Assembly (NCBI GenBank): GCA_024275415.1 | Contig: JAJRZD010000114.1 | Coordinates: 1-32,000, forward strand | Length of the DNA: 32,000 bases | Direction of reading: 5' to 3' | Origin: an archaeon | Lineage (GTDB): Archaea; Asgardarchaeota; Thorarchaeia; Thorarchaeales; Thorarchaeaceae | Shown: positions 8,738 to 17,129 of the stretch, one piece after another | How positions within the stretch are numbered: the first letter of the stretch is position 1 | Layout of the letters: each line of letters begins with the position of its first letter | The notes under the pieces: model-generated | The model's input: the letters and a program-made list of their open reading frames with translations, nothing else | Database searches by the model: none | Told to the model about the DNA's origin: nothing | Position numbers and translations under genes: made by a program

Positions 8738-9041
8738 ATGTCATACAACTACTACGCAAGTGGAACTGATTCATTGTATGATCGAGGGGGTTATCACATC
8801 TGTAAGAAACACGGCCAGACCTATACATCCTTTACCACATCCATTGAGCAACGGACATGTTTTCAGTTTCACAGACTGGGCATGTGTGTCAAGACTGTCC
8901 ATGGATAGGAACGGCCTGGAATAATCCACTGTGCACAGTGCAACAGACATTTACCATGTTGATGAGAACGCGGCACGGGACATCATTCATAAACACGATC
9001 TCAAATTCAAGTCCAGTGCTGTTGCTGGACAGACTACCTGA
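8738..9041 (+). pseudogene. tnpB: Probable decayed TnpB (IS200/IS605 OrfB) C-terminal remnant: Zn ribbon plus RuvC-III
   Basis: Frame 2 reads KKHG-x13-TCFQFHRLG..VHG*(8906)ERPGIIHCAQCNRH. After a +1 shift at 8951, frame 3 reads YHVDENAARDIIHKH..* (9041). Joined CAQCNRHYHVDENAARDI matches the TnpB CxxC-x4-HxDxNAAxNI signature. Confidence 0.5.
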
Positions 9042-9157
9042 TGTCAATGTCCGCCCATCTTACAATCAACAAAACAACTGTTCGTCAATAATCTGGAGCG
9101 AAAACGTAATACAGTGTCTGATATATGGAATTTCAGGCAAACATATGGTGAACGCAG

Positions 9158-9505
9158 ATGGCAAAGATAGACCTAGTTAGGAGACCCTCACTTATCCAAC
9201 CAAATCATTTGCTCCGGTACATCTTCTTCACTGAGATGCAGGTCAATCAAGCAGCCAAGATCCTTAATGAGATTATGTCGGCAGACGGTGTTGTGGCTGA
9301 CAGTGAATGGGAACGATTCGTTCTCAGCAGCAGGGGTCTCTATGTCAAAGTGATGCGGAAACTACGGGATGTAGGTCTCGTCGAGAAACGAATGGGCGAA
9401 TATCGGCTGACGAAAGACTTCTCGTCAGCTCTGGTCAAGATTGGGAAATACTGGGAAGATATCGTCGAGTCCTACAACAAAGGCGATCGCACGATCTCCT
9501 TCTGA
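9158..9505 (+). CDS. Small winged-helix DNA-binding protein
   Basis: YVKVMRKLRDVGLVEKRMGEYRLT resembles a wHTH recognition helix plus wing. Confidence 0.7.
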   Translation: MAKIDLVRRPSLIQPNHLLRYIFFTEMQVNQAAKILNEIMSADGVVADSEWERFVLSSRGLYVKVMRKLRDVGLVEKRMGEYRLTKDFSSALVKIGKYWEDIVESYNKGDRTISF

Positions 9506-11107
9506 TTAGTCGAGCTTGACTTCCCCTTCTTCGATCTCGAAATCCTTGAGCGTGGAGATTGCGGTATCGCCCTCGATTTTTAGGACACCGAGCTTCTCGA
9601 GTGCACGTGCGTGTTTGGCAGCAAGTCCCGAAGCTATACCTAATGCCTTTCCTAGGTCTGCGAATGTCATCTTCCCTACCTCATCGACCAGAAGGAGTAC
9701 TTTGGTGCTCGCATCTACACCAAGGACCTTGATGTACCTCTTCGCGCGTTCCTCAGCGAGATCCCGCAGTTGAAGTGACATGTCCCGTTCCTTTTCCATG
9801 AGCCGAGTCGCTTTCTCGAAGGCTTCCCTTTGCATCTCGACAACAGAAACCTTTGATTCGGCTTCTCTCAACTCGTTCTCGAGGTCATAGATCCTTTGCT
9901 CTAAATCTCGCACCTCAGAGATCTTTCCATGCATCCCTTCGATCTCTTTCACTAACCGTTCTGATTCCTTTTGGAGGGACTTGTTCTCCTTTTGGAGTGT
10001 GGTCATGCTCCGTTCCATTTCTTTGATCTTGCTGTTCAATTCATCGTTCTCTTGACGCTTCTCTTCGAGAGTCTTTTCCAAGAGATTGATTTTAGCCTCC
10101 AACGCCTTGATTTCTGCGGTATCTACAGCAGGCACCTTTTCCTTTTTTGATGTGGCTTTCTTGTATACTTCAAGCTGCGTTTGTGCCTCAGCAAGCTGCA
10201 TCTTGTATTCCTCGATCTCAGCTCGTGCTGCATCCCGCTCCTTGGTGCGAGCTTCAAGGATTTCTCCTCGCTTGAAGAGCTGTTCTCTGAGATCTGAGAT
10301 GTCGGCTTCCATATCAGCAATCTGTCGTTTCATCTCCTCTTCCACGACATCAATCGTCCGCGTCTTATCGAGTTCCTTCTGTAACTCTCTTATTTTCTGC
10401 TCAAGGCGTTGGATTTCCAGATCCTTTGCTTTCAGTGTGTCTCCAGACGCAAAGGCTTCTTCTTCTAAGCTTTGCATGAACGACCTGACAACATCCTGTT
10501 GCTGAGCGATAGTTTCTCTCAACGCGGTTTCGGTTTCCCTTACTCTCTGAGCGAACTCTTTGAACCGCTCTTGCGTTTCATCGACGATCTTGTCCACGAG
10601 TTCTTTTTCCATAGTAGAGAACTCGGAGTCGACGATATCAACAAAAGTGGACTCGATAACATTCCTGAACATAGGCATTCTGAGCTTCTCTACCATATCT
10701 GTTGAGATTATGGTCTTTAGGTCAACAACCTTTCCTCTGAAGGCAAGAAGTTGGGCTGCAAAGATTCCTACAACTCCTCTTTGCAACGCTGCGATGTCCC
10801 CTCTCATGGCTTCAAGTTTCTCAAGCAACGCATCGAATCCTTCAGATGTGCTTGCCTCTTCAATTATAGACCTGGATCTTGCCTCTGGAGAATCAAGACC
10901 TTCGACAAATTCAAGTGCTGTTGCAGCAGCAGAGATAAGGTCGTCCTCTGAATCGACCCGCACGGAATCCTCTCCTTCAGCATCGCCGTCTGCGAGCCTG
11001 ACAATATCCCTCTCTGAAAGAGCAGCCTCCTTCAAAGCCTTCTGCATGGTGAGCTTCTCATCTTCGTTCAGTTTATTACCAGCCATGAGTTTCCCTCTCT
11101 GGAGCAA
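9506..11107 (-). CDS. Long coiled-coil protein with C-terminal winged-helix domain (likely start ATG 11086)
   Basis: About 250-300 aa of continuous E/K/L-rich heptads, followed by KVLLLVDEVGKMTFADLGKALGIASGLAAKHARALEKLGVLKIEG (wHTH). No Walker A/B motifs. Confidence 0.8.
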   Translation of the reverse strand: MLQRGKLMAGNKLNEDEKLTMQKALKEAALSERDIVRLADGDAEGEDSVRVDSEDDLISAAATALEFVEGLDSPEARSRSIIEEASTSEGFDALLEKLEAMRGDIAALQRGVVGIFAAQLLAFRGKVVDLKTIISTDMVEKLRMPMFRNVIESTFVDIVDSEFSTMEKELVDKIVDETQERFKEFAQRVRETETALRETIAQQQDVVRSFMQSLEEEAFASGDTLKAKDLEIQRLEQKIRELQKELDKTRTIDVVEEEMKRQIADMEADISDLREQLFKRGEILEARTKERDAARAEIEEYKMQLAEAQTQLEVYKKATSKKEKVPAVDTAEIKALEAKINLLEKTLEEKRQENDELNSKIKEMERSMTTLQKENKSLQKESERLVKEIEGMHGKISEVRDLEQRIYDLENELREAESKVSVVEMQREAFEKATRLMEKERDMSLQLRDLAEERAKRYIKVLGVDASTKVLLLVDEVGKMTFADLGKALGIASGLAAKHARALEKLGVLKIEGDTAISTLKDFEIEEGEVKLD

Positions 11108-11249
11108 GCTACATTTCCATGATATATTGCTTAGGTATAAGCTTTCCTAGAATGGTCTTTCATAGCGCACCACCAACTGAAAGGTTTTTTCACTGGTTCG
11201 TTTGCTTCTAAACAAGCGTCCAATTGGGTGTTTCTTTGAGTGATGAACA

Positions 11250-12464
11250 TTGACTACAGAGGATTTCTGTCAGCGTCTGAAAGACAAGAAAGTCGGGATT
11301 ATCGGGTTCAATGCAAGGCCCATCGCTTGTTCTGTGAAAAGGCTGGGAGCCGTCACGTATGTATCGGATTATTGGGGCGATTTGGACTTGGCTGCTTGCT
11401 CAGACGAGTGGATATCGGTATTGAGCCCCATTCCTGGGAGCAGGCAAAGGGGGTCATTGGAGGATCCAGTCCATGTTTCGCTAACAGACAACTTCCTTAC
11501 CGAGTTTACAGATGTGGGATTTGATTATGTGCTGATAGGCAGTGGATTTGATGACCACCCAGACTCGTTGGCTATGATCAGCAAGGAATTCTCGTTGACC
11601 GGGAATGATGAGTCCCAGTTCCGTAGAGCAAGGAATAGGGGTCTGATCGAGAAACATCTGAAAGGGACAGTGATACGCATACCTCGACAGATACAGTGTG
11701 CGTCCTATGCGGATGTCCTGAAGGCAAGTGAAAGAATAGGATTCCCCTGTGTGGTGCGTCCGCGTACTTCTGGAGGAGGTTCTGGGATACGACTCTTCCA
11801 TGACACTGGATCTCTAGAGCAATACCTTTCACATCGAGAGAAATTCAATCTGGTCGTCCAAGAGTACATCTTGGGTAGAGACCTCAGTGTTAGCGTCCTC
11901 TGCACAGGAGAGTCCTCGAAAGTCATCTCACTTCAAGGACAGCTTATTGGAATGCCTTCTGCTGGAAGGAACTGCGATTTCGTATACTGTGGGAACTACA
12001 TCCCCATTGCTGTCGAAGAGTCTGTCAGCGACCTTGTCAGGAAGACATCGGAAGTGCTGACGAAGGAGCTGGGGCTGGTTGGATCGAACGGGATTGATTT
12101 TGTGGTTGCCGATGACCTGTCGGTCTATCTTCTGGAAATCAACCCACGATTACAGGGAACGCTTGAGTTACTTGAACGGGCAGGGAGCATCTCAATATCA
12201 GAAGCACATATCGATGCAGTATCGGGACATCTCCCAAGTAACACGCCAAATTGGAAACCAACGGTCAAGATGGTCGTCTATGCACGACGAGATGGGACAG
12301 TTCCAGACCTGCAACAGTACCCAAATAGTGTAGATAGGTCTCCTGAAGGTGTTGTCGTACAGACAGGGGATCCTATCTGCACAATAGTGGAGTCCTTGAA
12401 TGACCTGACCACTACTTATTCGCAAGTAATCCGGGTTGCTGATAGAATCCAGAAGGCACTATAA
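11250..12464 (+). CDS. ATP-grasp domain protein (COG2232-like predicted carboligase)
   Basis: N-terminal GFNARPIACS..DYWGDLD, then VVRPRTSGGGSG, VVQEYILG, NGIDF and LEINPR ATP-grasp motifs. Confidence 0.8.
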   Translation: MTTEDFCQRLKDKKVGIIGFNARPIACSVKRLGAVTYVSDYWGDLDLAACSDEWISVLSPIPGSRQRGSLEDPVHVSLTDNFLTEFTDVGFDYVLIGSGFDDHPDSLAMISKEFSLTGNDESQFRRARNRGLIEKHLKGTVIRIPRQIQCASYADVLKASERIGFPCVVRPRTSGGGSGIRLFHDTGSLEQYLSHREKFNLVVQEYILGRDLSVSVLCTGESSKVISLQGQLIGMPSAGRNCDFVYCGNYIPIAVEESVSDLVRKTSEVLTKELGLVGSNGIDFVVADDLSVYLLEINPRLQGTLELLERAGSISISEAHIDAVSGHLPSNTPNWKPTVKMVVYARRDGTVPDLQQYPNSVDRSPEGVVVQTGDPICTIVESLNDLTTTYSQVIRVADRIQKAL

Positions 12465-12582
12465 ACCCCCACACAGCGAAAAATAACAAATCCCATCACG
12501 TAACCTCAAAGTATCCTCGGAATAATGGCAAAGCTATATCAGAGACGGAGACAAGATATTTTCAAAGCGAGGTTGAGATGAT

Positions 12583-13506
12583 ATGAAGGTTTGCGCCAAT
12601 TGCGGCAAGTCAAACTTGCCCACTCGAAAGTTCTGCATCCGCTGCGGGCGGTCGCTAATCACAGCCTCGTCGAAATCCAGTACAAAATCAAGGCCGGCTC
12701 CAGAGATCCCTGAGTTAGGCCGGACGGTGACAGGGGCAAGCATGGAAGCTGGTGCCACTACTGAACCGCCTCCCCCTGTAGATGAGGAGGAGGAGTGGGT
12801 CAAGCCCAGTCAGGTTCCAAAAGACCGAGTCAGAACCACTACCACAAAACGAAAGACAGAGCTAGAAAAGGCAAAAGAGGCGTTCAAACGAGCTGATAAA
12901 GTGGGAATCGATGAGGATGGGACTGGCGTCATCGAAGCTCGAATGCTCAGAGCAAGCGAGGTTCGTGAACTGATGGAAGGTGTGAGTGAGATGGCTCCTG
13001 CAACTCCAGATGTACAACCCTCGGATGTACCAGAAGTCACACCTCCACCCATCGAAGCACCCAGTCCTCAGGCAATCGAAGAGCAAATCTTAGGAAGCAT
13101 GTCCGCCTATGTGGACAAACCAGTCGAACCGCCAGAGGAAGAACCGTTCTCAGAGAGTTTCACCTCCTCACGATATACTGAACCTGTTACAGAAGCACCT
13201 GCGCCAGCCGTGCCTGACATGCCGAAAGATCCAGAAACCGCTTTGGAATTGACAGATGAAACAATTACCACATGTCCACATTGTGGCGAAATAGTAAATA
13301 TCGATTCGTTCGAGTATCCAAAGGAAATCTATAGTGCTATGGGATCTGCGCGCATAAAGCAGGCTAGGTTCTTTGTAGTTCAAGGGAAATACGAGGAAGC
13401 CCAAAAGGTCGTGCGAATTGCGAGGTCGTTGTTCCTGAAAGCAGACGACACTACAGGTCTGACTGAAGTGAACAAGCTCGTTGATTCTCTGGCCCGGAGA
13501 AATTAG
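12583..13506 (+). CDS. Zinc-ribbon protein with Pro/Glu-rich disordered centre and C-terminal TPR-like helices
   Basis: N-terminal CANC..CIRC, internal CPHC, PEST-like middle region, helical C-terminus. Confidence 0.75.
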   Translation: MKVCANCGKSNLPTRKFCIRCGRSLITASSKSSTKSRPAPEIPELGRTVTGASMEAGATTEPPPPVDEEEEWVKPSQVPKDRVRTTTTKRKTELEKAKEAFKRADKVGIDEDGTGVIEARMLRASEVRELMEGVSEMAPATPDVQPSDVPEVTPPPIEAPSPQAIEEQILGSMSAYVDKPVEPPEEEPFSESFTSSRYTEPVTEAPAPAVPDMPKDPETALELTDETITTCPHCGEIVNIDSFEYPKEIYSAMGSARIKQARFFVVQGKYEEAQKVVRIARSLFLKADDTTGLTEVNKLVDSLARRN

Positions 13507-14294
13507 GCATTCAACCAAAGGTCTGTGAACTTCTCGCGTTCAGAAGCGAACTTGGTGTGGTCAGCACACATCATAAGGAACTTCCCATCGTAATTTGCTT
13601 CTTTCAGCTCTCGGAAAATCGGAGTAAACTCGATATTTCCCTCGCCAATTGGCAAGTGTTCATCATAACGGCGTGCGATATCTCTCATCTCTTGAATGCT
13701 TAGCGTTCGTTCCTTCTTTATCTTGATGACCTCATCCACCATGTTCGCGCCATGGTTATCGTGTACAATGACCATCCTGATCCTGTCTGGGAAGCTCTGG
13801 ACATGACCTAGTGCCCTATTGTTTCGAGTCATTATCTGTCCGTGTCCGATGTCAAGAGCCATTCCAATTTTCGGGTGCGCGTCAAAAAGGAGCATCAACT
13901 CTGTAAAGTACAGTCCTAGGGTTTCGATTGCAATAGGCACTCCACCATCCCTGACGGCATCACATGCCATAGGTAGTGCGGAAAGGAAGATTTCAATGTC
14001 AGTATCATCATAGAAGAGCGTCGACAATGTTGTATGGAACGAAACCAGCTCTGCATCAAGGTCCTGTCCAATGTCTATATACGGAACAATATCCTTAGCG
14101 AGATCCATCGGGTTCCAATCAGGATTGCTTGGAAGATGGAGGGTACATGCGACTCCTGCCTGTTTCAGCAACCGTTTTGCCTCATCAAAATCAATGCTAT
14201 AATTAAGATCCATTCTCAGGTCTATGAAATCAGGGTCATGTTTGAGCGCAAATTCAATCTGTTTGTTATCCCTAGCAAATGTTCCGATTTGCAT
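13503..14294 (-). CDS. Sugar phosphate isomerase/epimerase / AP endonuclease-2 TIM barrel protein
   Basis: Metal-binding motifs TLHLP, IAIET, LDIGH, VHDNHG and HLPIGEGNIEF. Confidence 0.85.
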   Translation of the reverse strand: MQIGTFARDNKQIEFALKHDPDFIDLRMDLNYSIDFDEAKRLLKQAGVACTLHLPSNPDWNPMDLAKDIVPYIDIGQDLDAELVSFHTTLSTLFYDDTDIEIFLSALPMACDAVRDGGVPIAIETLGLYFTELMLLFDAHPKIGMALDIGHGQIMTRNNRALGHVQSFPDRIRMVIVHDNHGANMVDEVIKIKKERTLSIQEMRDIARRYDEHLPIGEGNIEFTPIFRELKEANYDGKFLMMCADHTKFASEREKFTDLWLNA

Positions 14295-14584
14295 CTACTT
14301 CACCGTACTTGCAAAAAGAGTGAGAAAGGGGGCTTTTGTCACTTTTGGTTCTAAAACCCTGCAGAGAGGATTGATGGGTTCACGACATTTGAAGGAAATC
14401 AAACACTTTTCTCTTGCAACTTGTCGGAAATATAACAGATAAAGGTCGAATGTTGTTAGATTCTCTCACGATATTCGAATTATTGCTTTGAGCCATGTTC
14501 TCGTCCCGAATACGAATATCTTCGATAGTTTTATCAGAACCATCAATCACTATACTCATACAATCTTTAAGGTGTGTCCATCCC

Positions 14585-15124
14585 TTGACAGAACAAGTCG
14601 CCTATCTTTGGAAACTGGTCTTCCTAGGTGAGGGTGGGGTGGGCAAGACCTCATTGGTGGGTCGCTATGTCTATGATTCCTTTGAGGGCGATTATCTTGC
14701 GACCATCGGAGCTGCCATGCACACCAAACCTGTGAAGGTCGATGATACGCTATGCAAACTTGTCATCTGGGACATCGCAGGACAGGATGACTTTGCACAG
14801 TTGAGAAAGGCTTACTTCCAGAATGCATCAGGAGCTTTCTTCGTTTTTGATACGACTAGACCTGAAACCATTGAGCGAATCGACGAATGGATCGATGCCC
14901 TGATCGCAGTGACCGGGAAAATACCAATTGTCCTTCTCGAGAACAAGATTGACTTGGAATCCAAGGTGAGCCCGGAGAAAGTCAAGGAAATCACAAAAAG
15001 ACTCAACCTGAAGCTCATACGAACCAGTGCGAAAGAAGACAAGAACGTAGAAGAGTCATTCCTAGAAATGACCCGTGAAATTCTTGAGATATCAAGGGCG
15101 AGAAAGCTTAGCTTGGATCAATAG
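14585..15124 (+). CDS. Rab-like small GTPase (Ras superfamily); likely TTG start at 14585
   Basis: G1 GEGGVGKT, G2 TIG, G3 WDIAGQ, G4 NKID, G5 TSAK. The extension back to 14495 in the ORF track is probably not coding. Confidence 0.92.
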   Translation: MTEQVAYLWKLVFLGEGGVGKTSLVGRYVYDSFEGDYLATIGAAMHTKPVKVDDTLCKLVIWDIAGQDDFAQLRKAYFQNASGAFFVFDTTRPETIERIDEWIDALIAVTGKIPIVLLENKIDLESKVSPEKVKEITKRLNLKLIRTSAKEDKNVEESFLEMTREILEISRARKLSLDQ

Positions 15125-15139
15125 GTGTGTATGTGAGGT

Positions 15140-15664
15140 ATGTCGATGCGAGACCCAGATTTCATACACAAGCTTGTTTTTCTTGGAGACTCGGGCGTTG
15201 GCAAGACATCACTCGTTGAACGTTTCGTGTACGATAGTCTTGCTACCGACATTGGTAGGACCATTGGTGCCGTACTCCATGTGAAGAAGCTTGAATACAG
15301 GAACCGTCTGCACAAGCTTGTCATCTGGGATTTAGGAGGTCAGGAGTCCTTCTCGGAGTTGCGTGAACAATACTGTGCCAACGCCTCTGGTGCGTTCTTT
15401 GTATTCGATAGGACAAGACCTGAAACCTTTGAGAGCATCGACAAATGGTTGAGCGCGCTCAGGAGCGCTGCCGGTGATGTGCCGGTCGTCGTCTGTGAGA
15501 ACAAAGTTGACCTTGAGTCAAAGATTTCAGAAGACCGGATACACACAGAGATATCAAGGCGTATCCTCAAGTACATCCAGACCAGTGCGACACAGAATAT
15601 CCACGTCGAGATGGCGTTCGTAGCGTTGATACGCGAGATCCATGATAGGATATCAGAGCACTAG
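15140..15664 (+). CDS. Rab-like small GTPase, tandem paralog
   Basis: G1 GDSGVGKT, G2 TIG, G3 WDLGGQ, G4 NKVD, G5 TSAT; clearly similar to the upstream gene. Confidence 0.92.
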   Translation: MSMRDPDFIHKLVFLGDSGVGKTSLVERFVYDSLATDIGRTIGAVLHVKKLEYRNRLHKLVIWDLGGQESFSELREQYCANASGAFFVFDRTRPETFESIDKWLSALRSAAGDVPVVVCENKVDLESKISEDRIHTEISRRILKYIQTSATQNIHVEMAFVALIREIHDRISEH

Positions 15665-16359
15665 TGGGGTGCCATGTAGTCTTTTCTCTTGTAAGCTAGT
15701 CCGAGTTTCTGTTTCTCGCCAGTAATCATGTATATTGCTCGTTCTGTGATCTGAAAGGCATGATCCGCAGCTCGTTCAAAGTACCGCCCAACGATGATGT
15801 AGAACATCGACATCCGCTCAATCCCATTCTGTTTCCTGAGATATTCGCTTATTTCAAGGAACATCTCCTCTGTTTCCTTGTCACTCTCAGCCTCGAGTTC
15901 CTCAAGTTTATGTACCTGCGACAGGTCTCCTTGCAGGATGGCACTGCGAGCTATCTCCAGCGTCTGGACGGCAAGATCAGAGAGATGGGGCAGCGAAACG
16001 AGTTCCTTGTAATGCGTGTCACCTTCGCAAAGATGTGCGATATTCGCTACCTTGTAGGCGTATCTACCTATTCGGTACAGGTGATGACATACCTGTAGAA
16101 AGGTTGCGAGCTTTCTGAGGTCGCGTGCCACGGGTTGTCTCCGTGCTATCGTTTCGAATATGTCGCCTTCAATTTTTTCTGATAGCTCCTCAATCCCTAT
16201 GCTTTGACGCTTCACCTCAGAGGCAATATCCATGTCAATATCTTTGAAGGCAACGATGGACTGTTGGAGGGCGTCTATAGACTTGTCAAACAGTTCAGAT
16301 AACCTTCCAGAGATCCGTTCTATGTATCCCTCTAACGGGGTCTTCCTTCCAAATACCAT
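15661..16359 (-). CDS. phoU: Phosphate transport system regulatory protein PhoU
   Basis: RQPVARDLR and GRYFERAADHA motifs in a two-repeat helical PhoU architecture; last gene of the pst operon. Confidence 0.92.
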   Translation of the reverse strand: MVFGRKTPLEGYIERISGRLSELFDKSIDALQQSIVAFKDIDMDIASEVKRQSIGIEELSEKIEGDIFETIARRQPVARDLRKLATFLQVCHHLYRIGRYAYKVANIAHLCEGDTHYKELVSLPHLSDLAVQTLEIARSAILQGDLSQVHKLEELEAESDKETEEMFLEISEYLRKQNGIERMSMFYIIVGRYFERAADHAFQITERAIYMITGEKQKLGLAYKRKDYMAPH

Positions 16360-16361
16360 TT

Positions 16362-17129
16362 TTATCCAATCCTCCCAGTTATGAACGCCTCAGTCCGTTC
16401 ATCAGTCGGTGCTTCTGCGATCCTGCTCGTCTTGTCAAATTCGACTAGCTCTCCCAAGTATAGGAAGGCTGCTTGATCTGAAACACGGAAGGCTTGCTGC
16501 ACATTATGCGTGACCATAATGATGGTGTAGTCTTTCTTTAACTGCACTACCAGCTCTTCAATCTTTCCTGCGCTGATTGGATCAAGAGCGGACACGGGTT
16601 CATCCATCAACAGCACTGGAGGGTCTACCGAAAGAGCCCGTGCGATACACAGGCGTTGTTGTTGCCCACCTGAGAGGTTGGGTGCAGGCTGATCGAGATC
16701 ATCCTTGACCTCGTCCCAAAGCGCAGCTTTCTTGAGACAGCTCTCAACAAGATCATCTAGCTCGTCTTCATCGTTCACCCCATGAAGCTTTGGGCCATAT
16801 GTGATATTATCACGGACGCTCATCGGAAATGGGTTTGGGCGTTGAAAGACCATCCCTATGTTCTTGCGCAGGTTGTACACGCTGTAGCCCGGACTGAAGA
16901 TGTCTTCGCCTCTGAAGCGAACGATTCCCTTTCTTCTAAAACTCGGGATGAGGTCATTCAATCGGTTCAGCGTTCTGAGAAATGTCGATTTCCCACAACC
17001 GCTTGGTCCCATGATGGCTGTTACTGTGTTGTCTTTGAAATAGCAAGATATCCTTTTCAAGACCTGCTTCTTGCCAAACCAAGTGCTCAATTCTTGGACT
17101 TCGATGTGATGTTCCCACTCGTTCATCAT
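16362..17129 (-). CDS. pstB: Phosphate ABC transporter ATP-binding protein
   Basis: GPSGCGKS, GMVFQRPNPF, LSGGQQQRL and LLMDEP motifs. True start is probably ATG 17129, overlapping the pstA stop, not 17291. Confidence 0.95.
   Translation of the reverse strand: MMNEWEHHIEVQELSTWFGKKQVLKRISCYFKDNTVTAIMGPSGCGKSTFLRTLNRLNDLIPSFRRKGIVRFRGEDIFSPGYSVYNLRKNIGMVFQRPNPFPMSVRDNITYGPKLHGVNDEDELDDLVESCLKKAALWDEVKDDLDQPAPNLSGGQQQRLCIARALSVDPPVLLMDEPVSALDPISAGKIEELVVQLKKDYTIIMVTHNVQQAFRVSDQAAFLYLGELVEFDKTSRIAEAPTDERTEAFITGRIG

Noticed and set aside
8906-8908. In-frame TAG as possible pyrrolysine
   Set aside because: It lies in a fragment that also has frameshifts; decay is the simpler explanation and no pyl genes are seen.
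8857-9180. 107-aa and 65-aa ORF-track entries in the 8.7-9.2 kb gap as real genes
   Set aside because: No coherent family signal across their length; better explained as frames crossing the decayed TnpB-like remnant.
9506-11107. SMC/Rad50 assignment
   Set aside because: No Walker A, Walker B, signature motif, hinge or CxxC hook.
15661-15664. Convergent genes sharing overlapping stop codons (CTAG at 15661-15664; TTAG at 13503-13506)
   Set aside because: A common consequence of compact prokaryotic genomes, with no evidence of special function.
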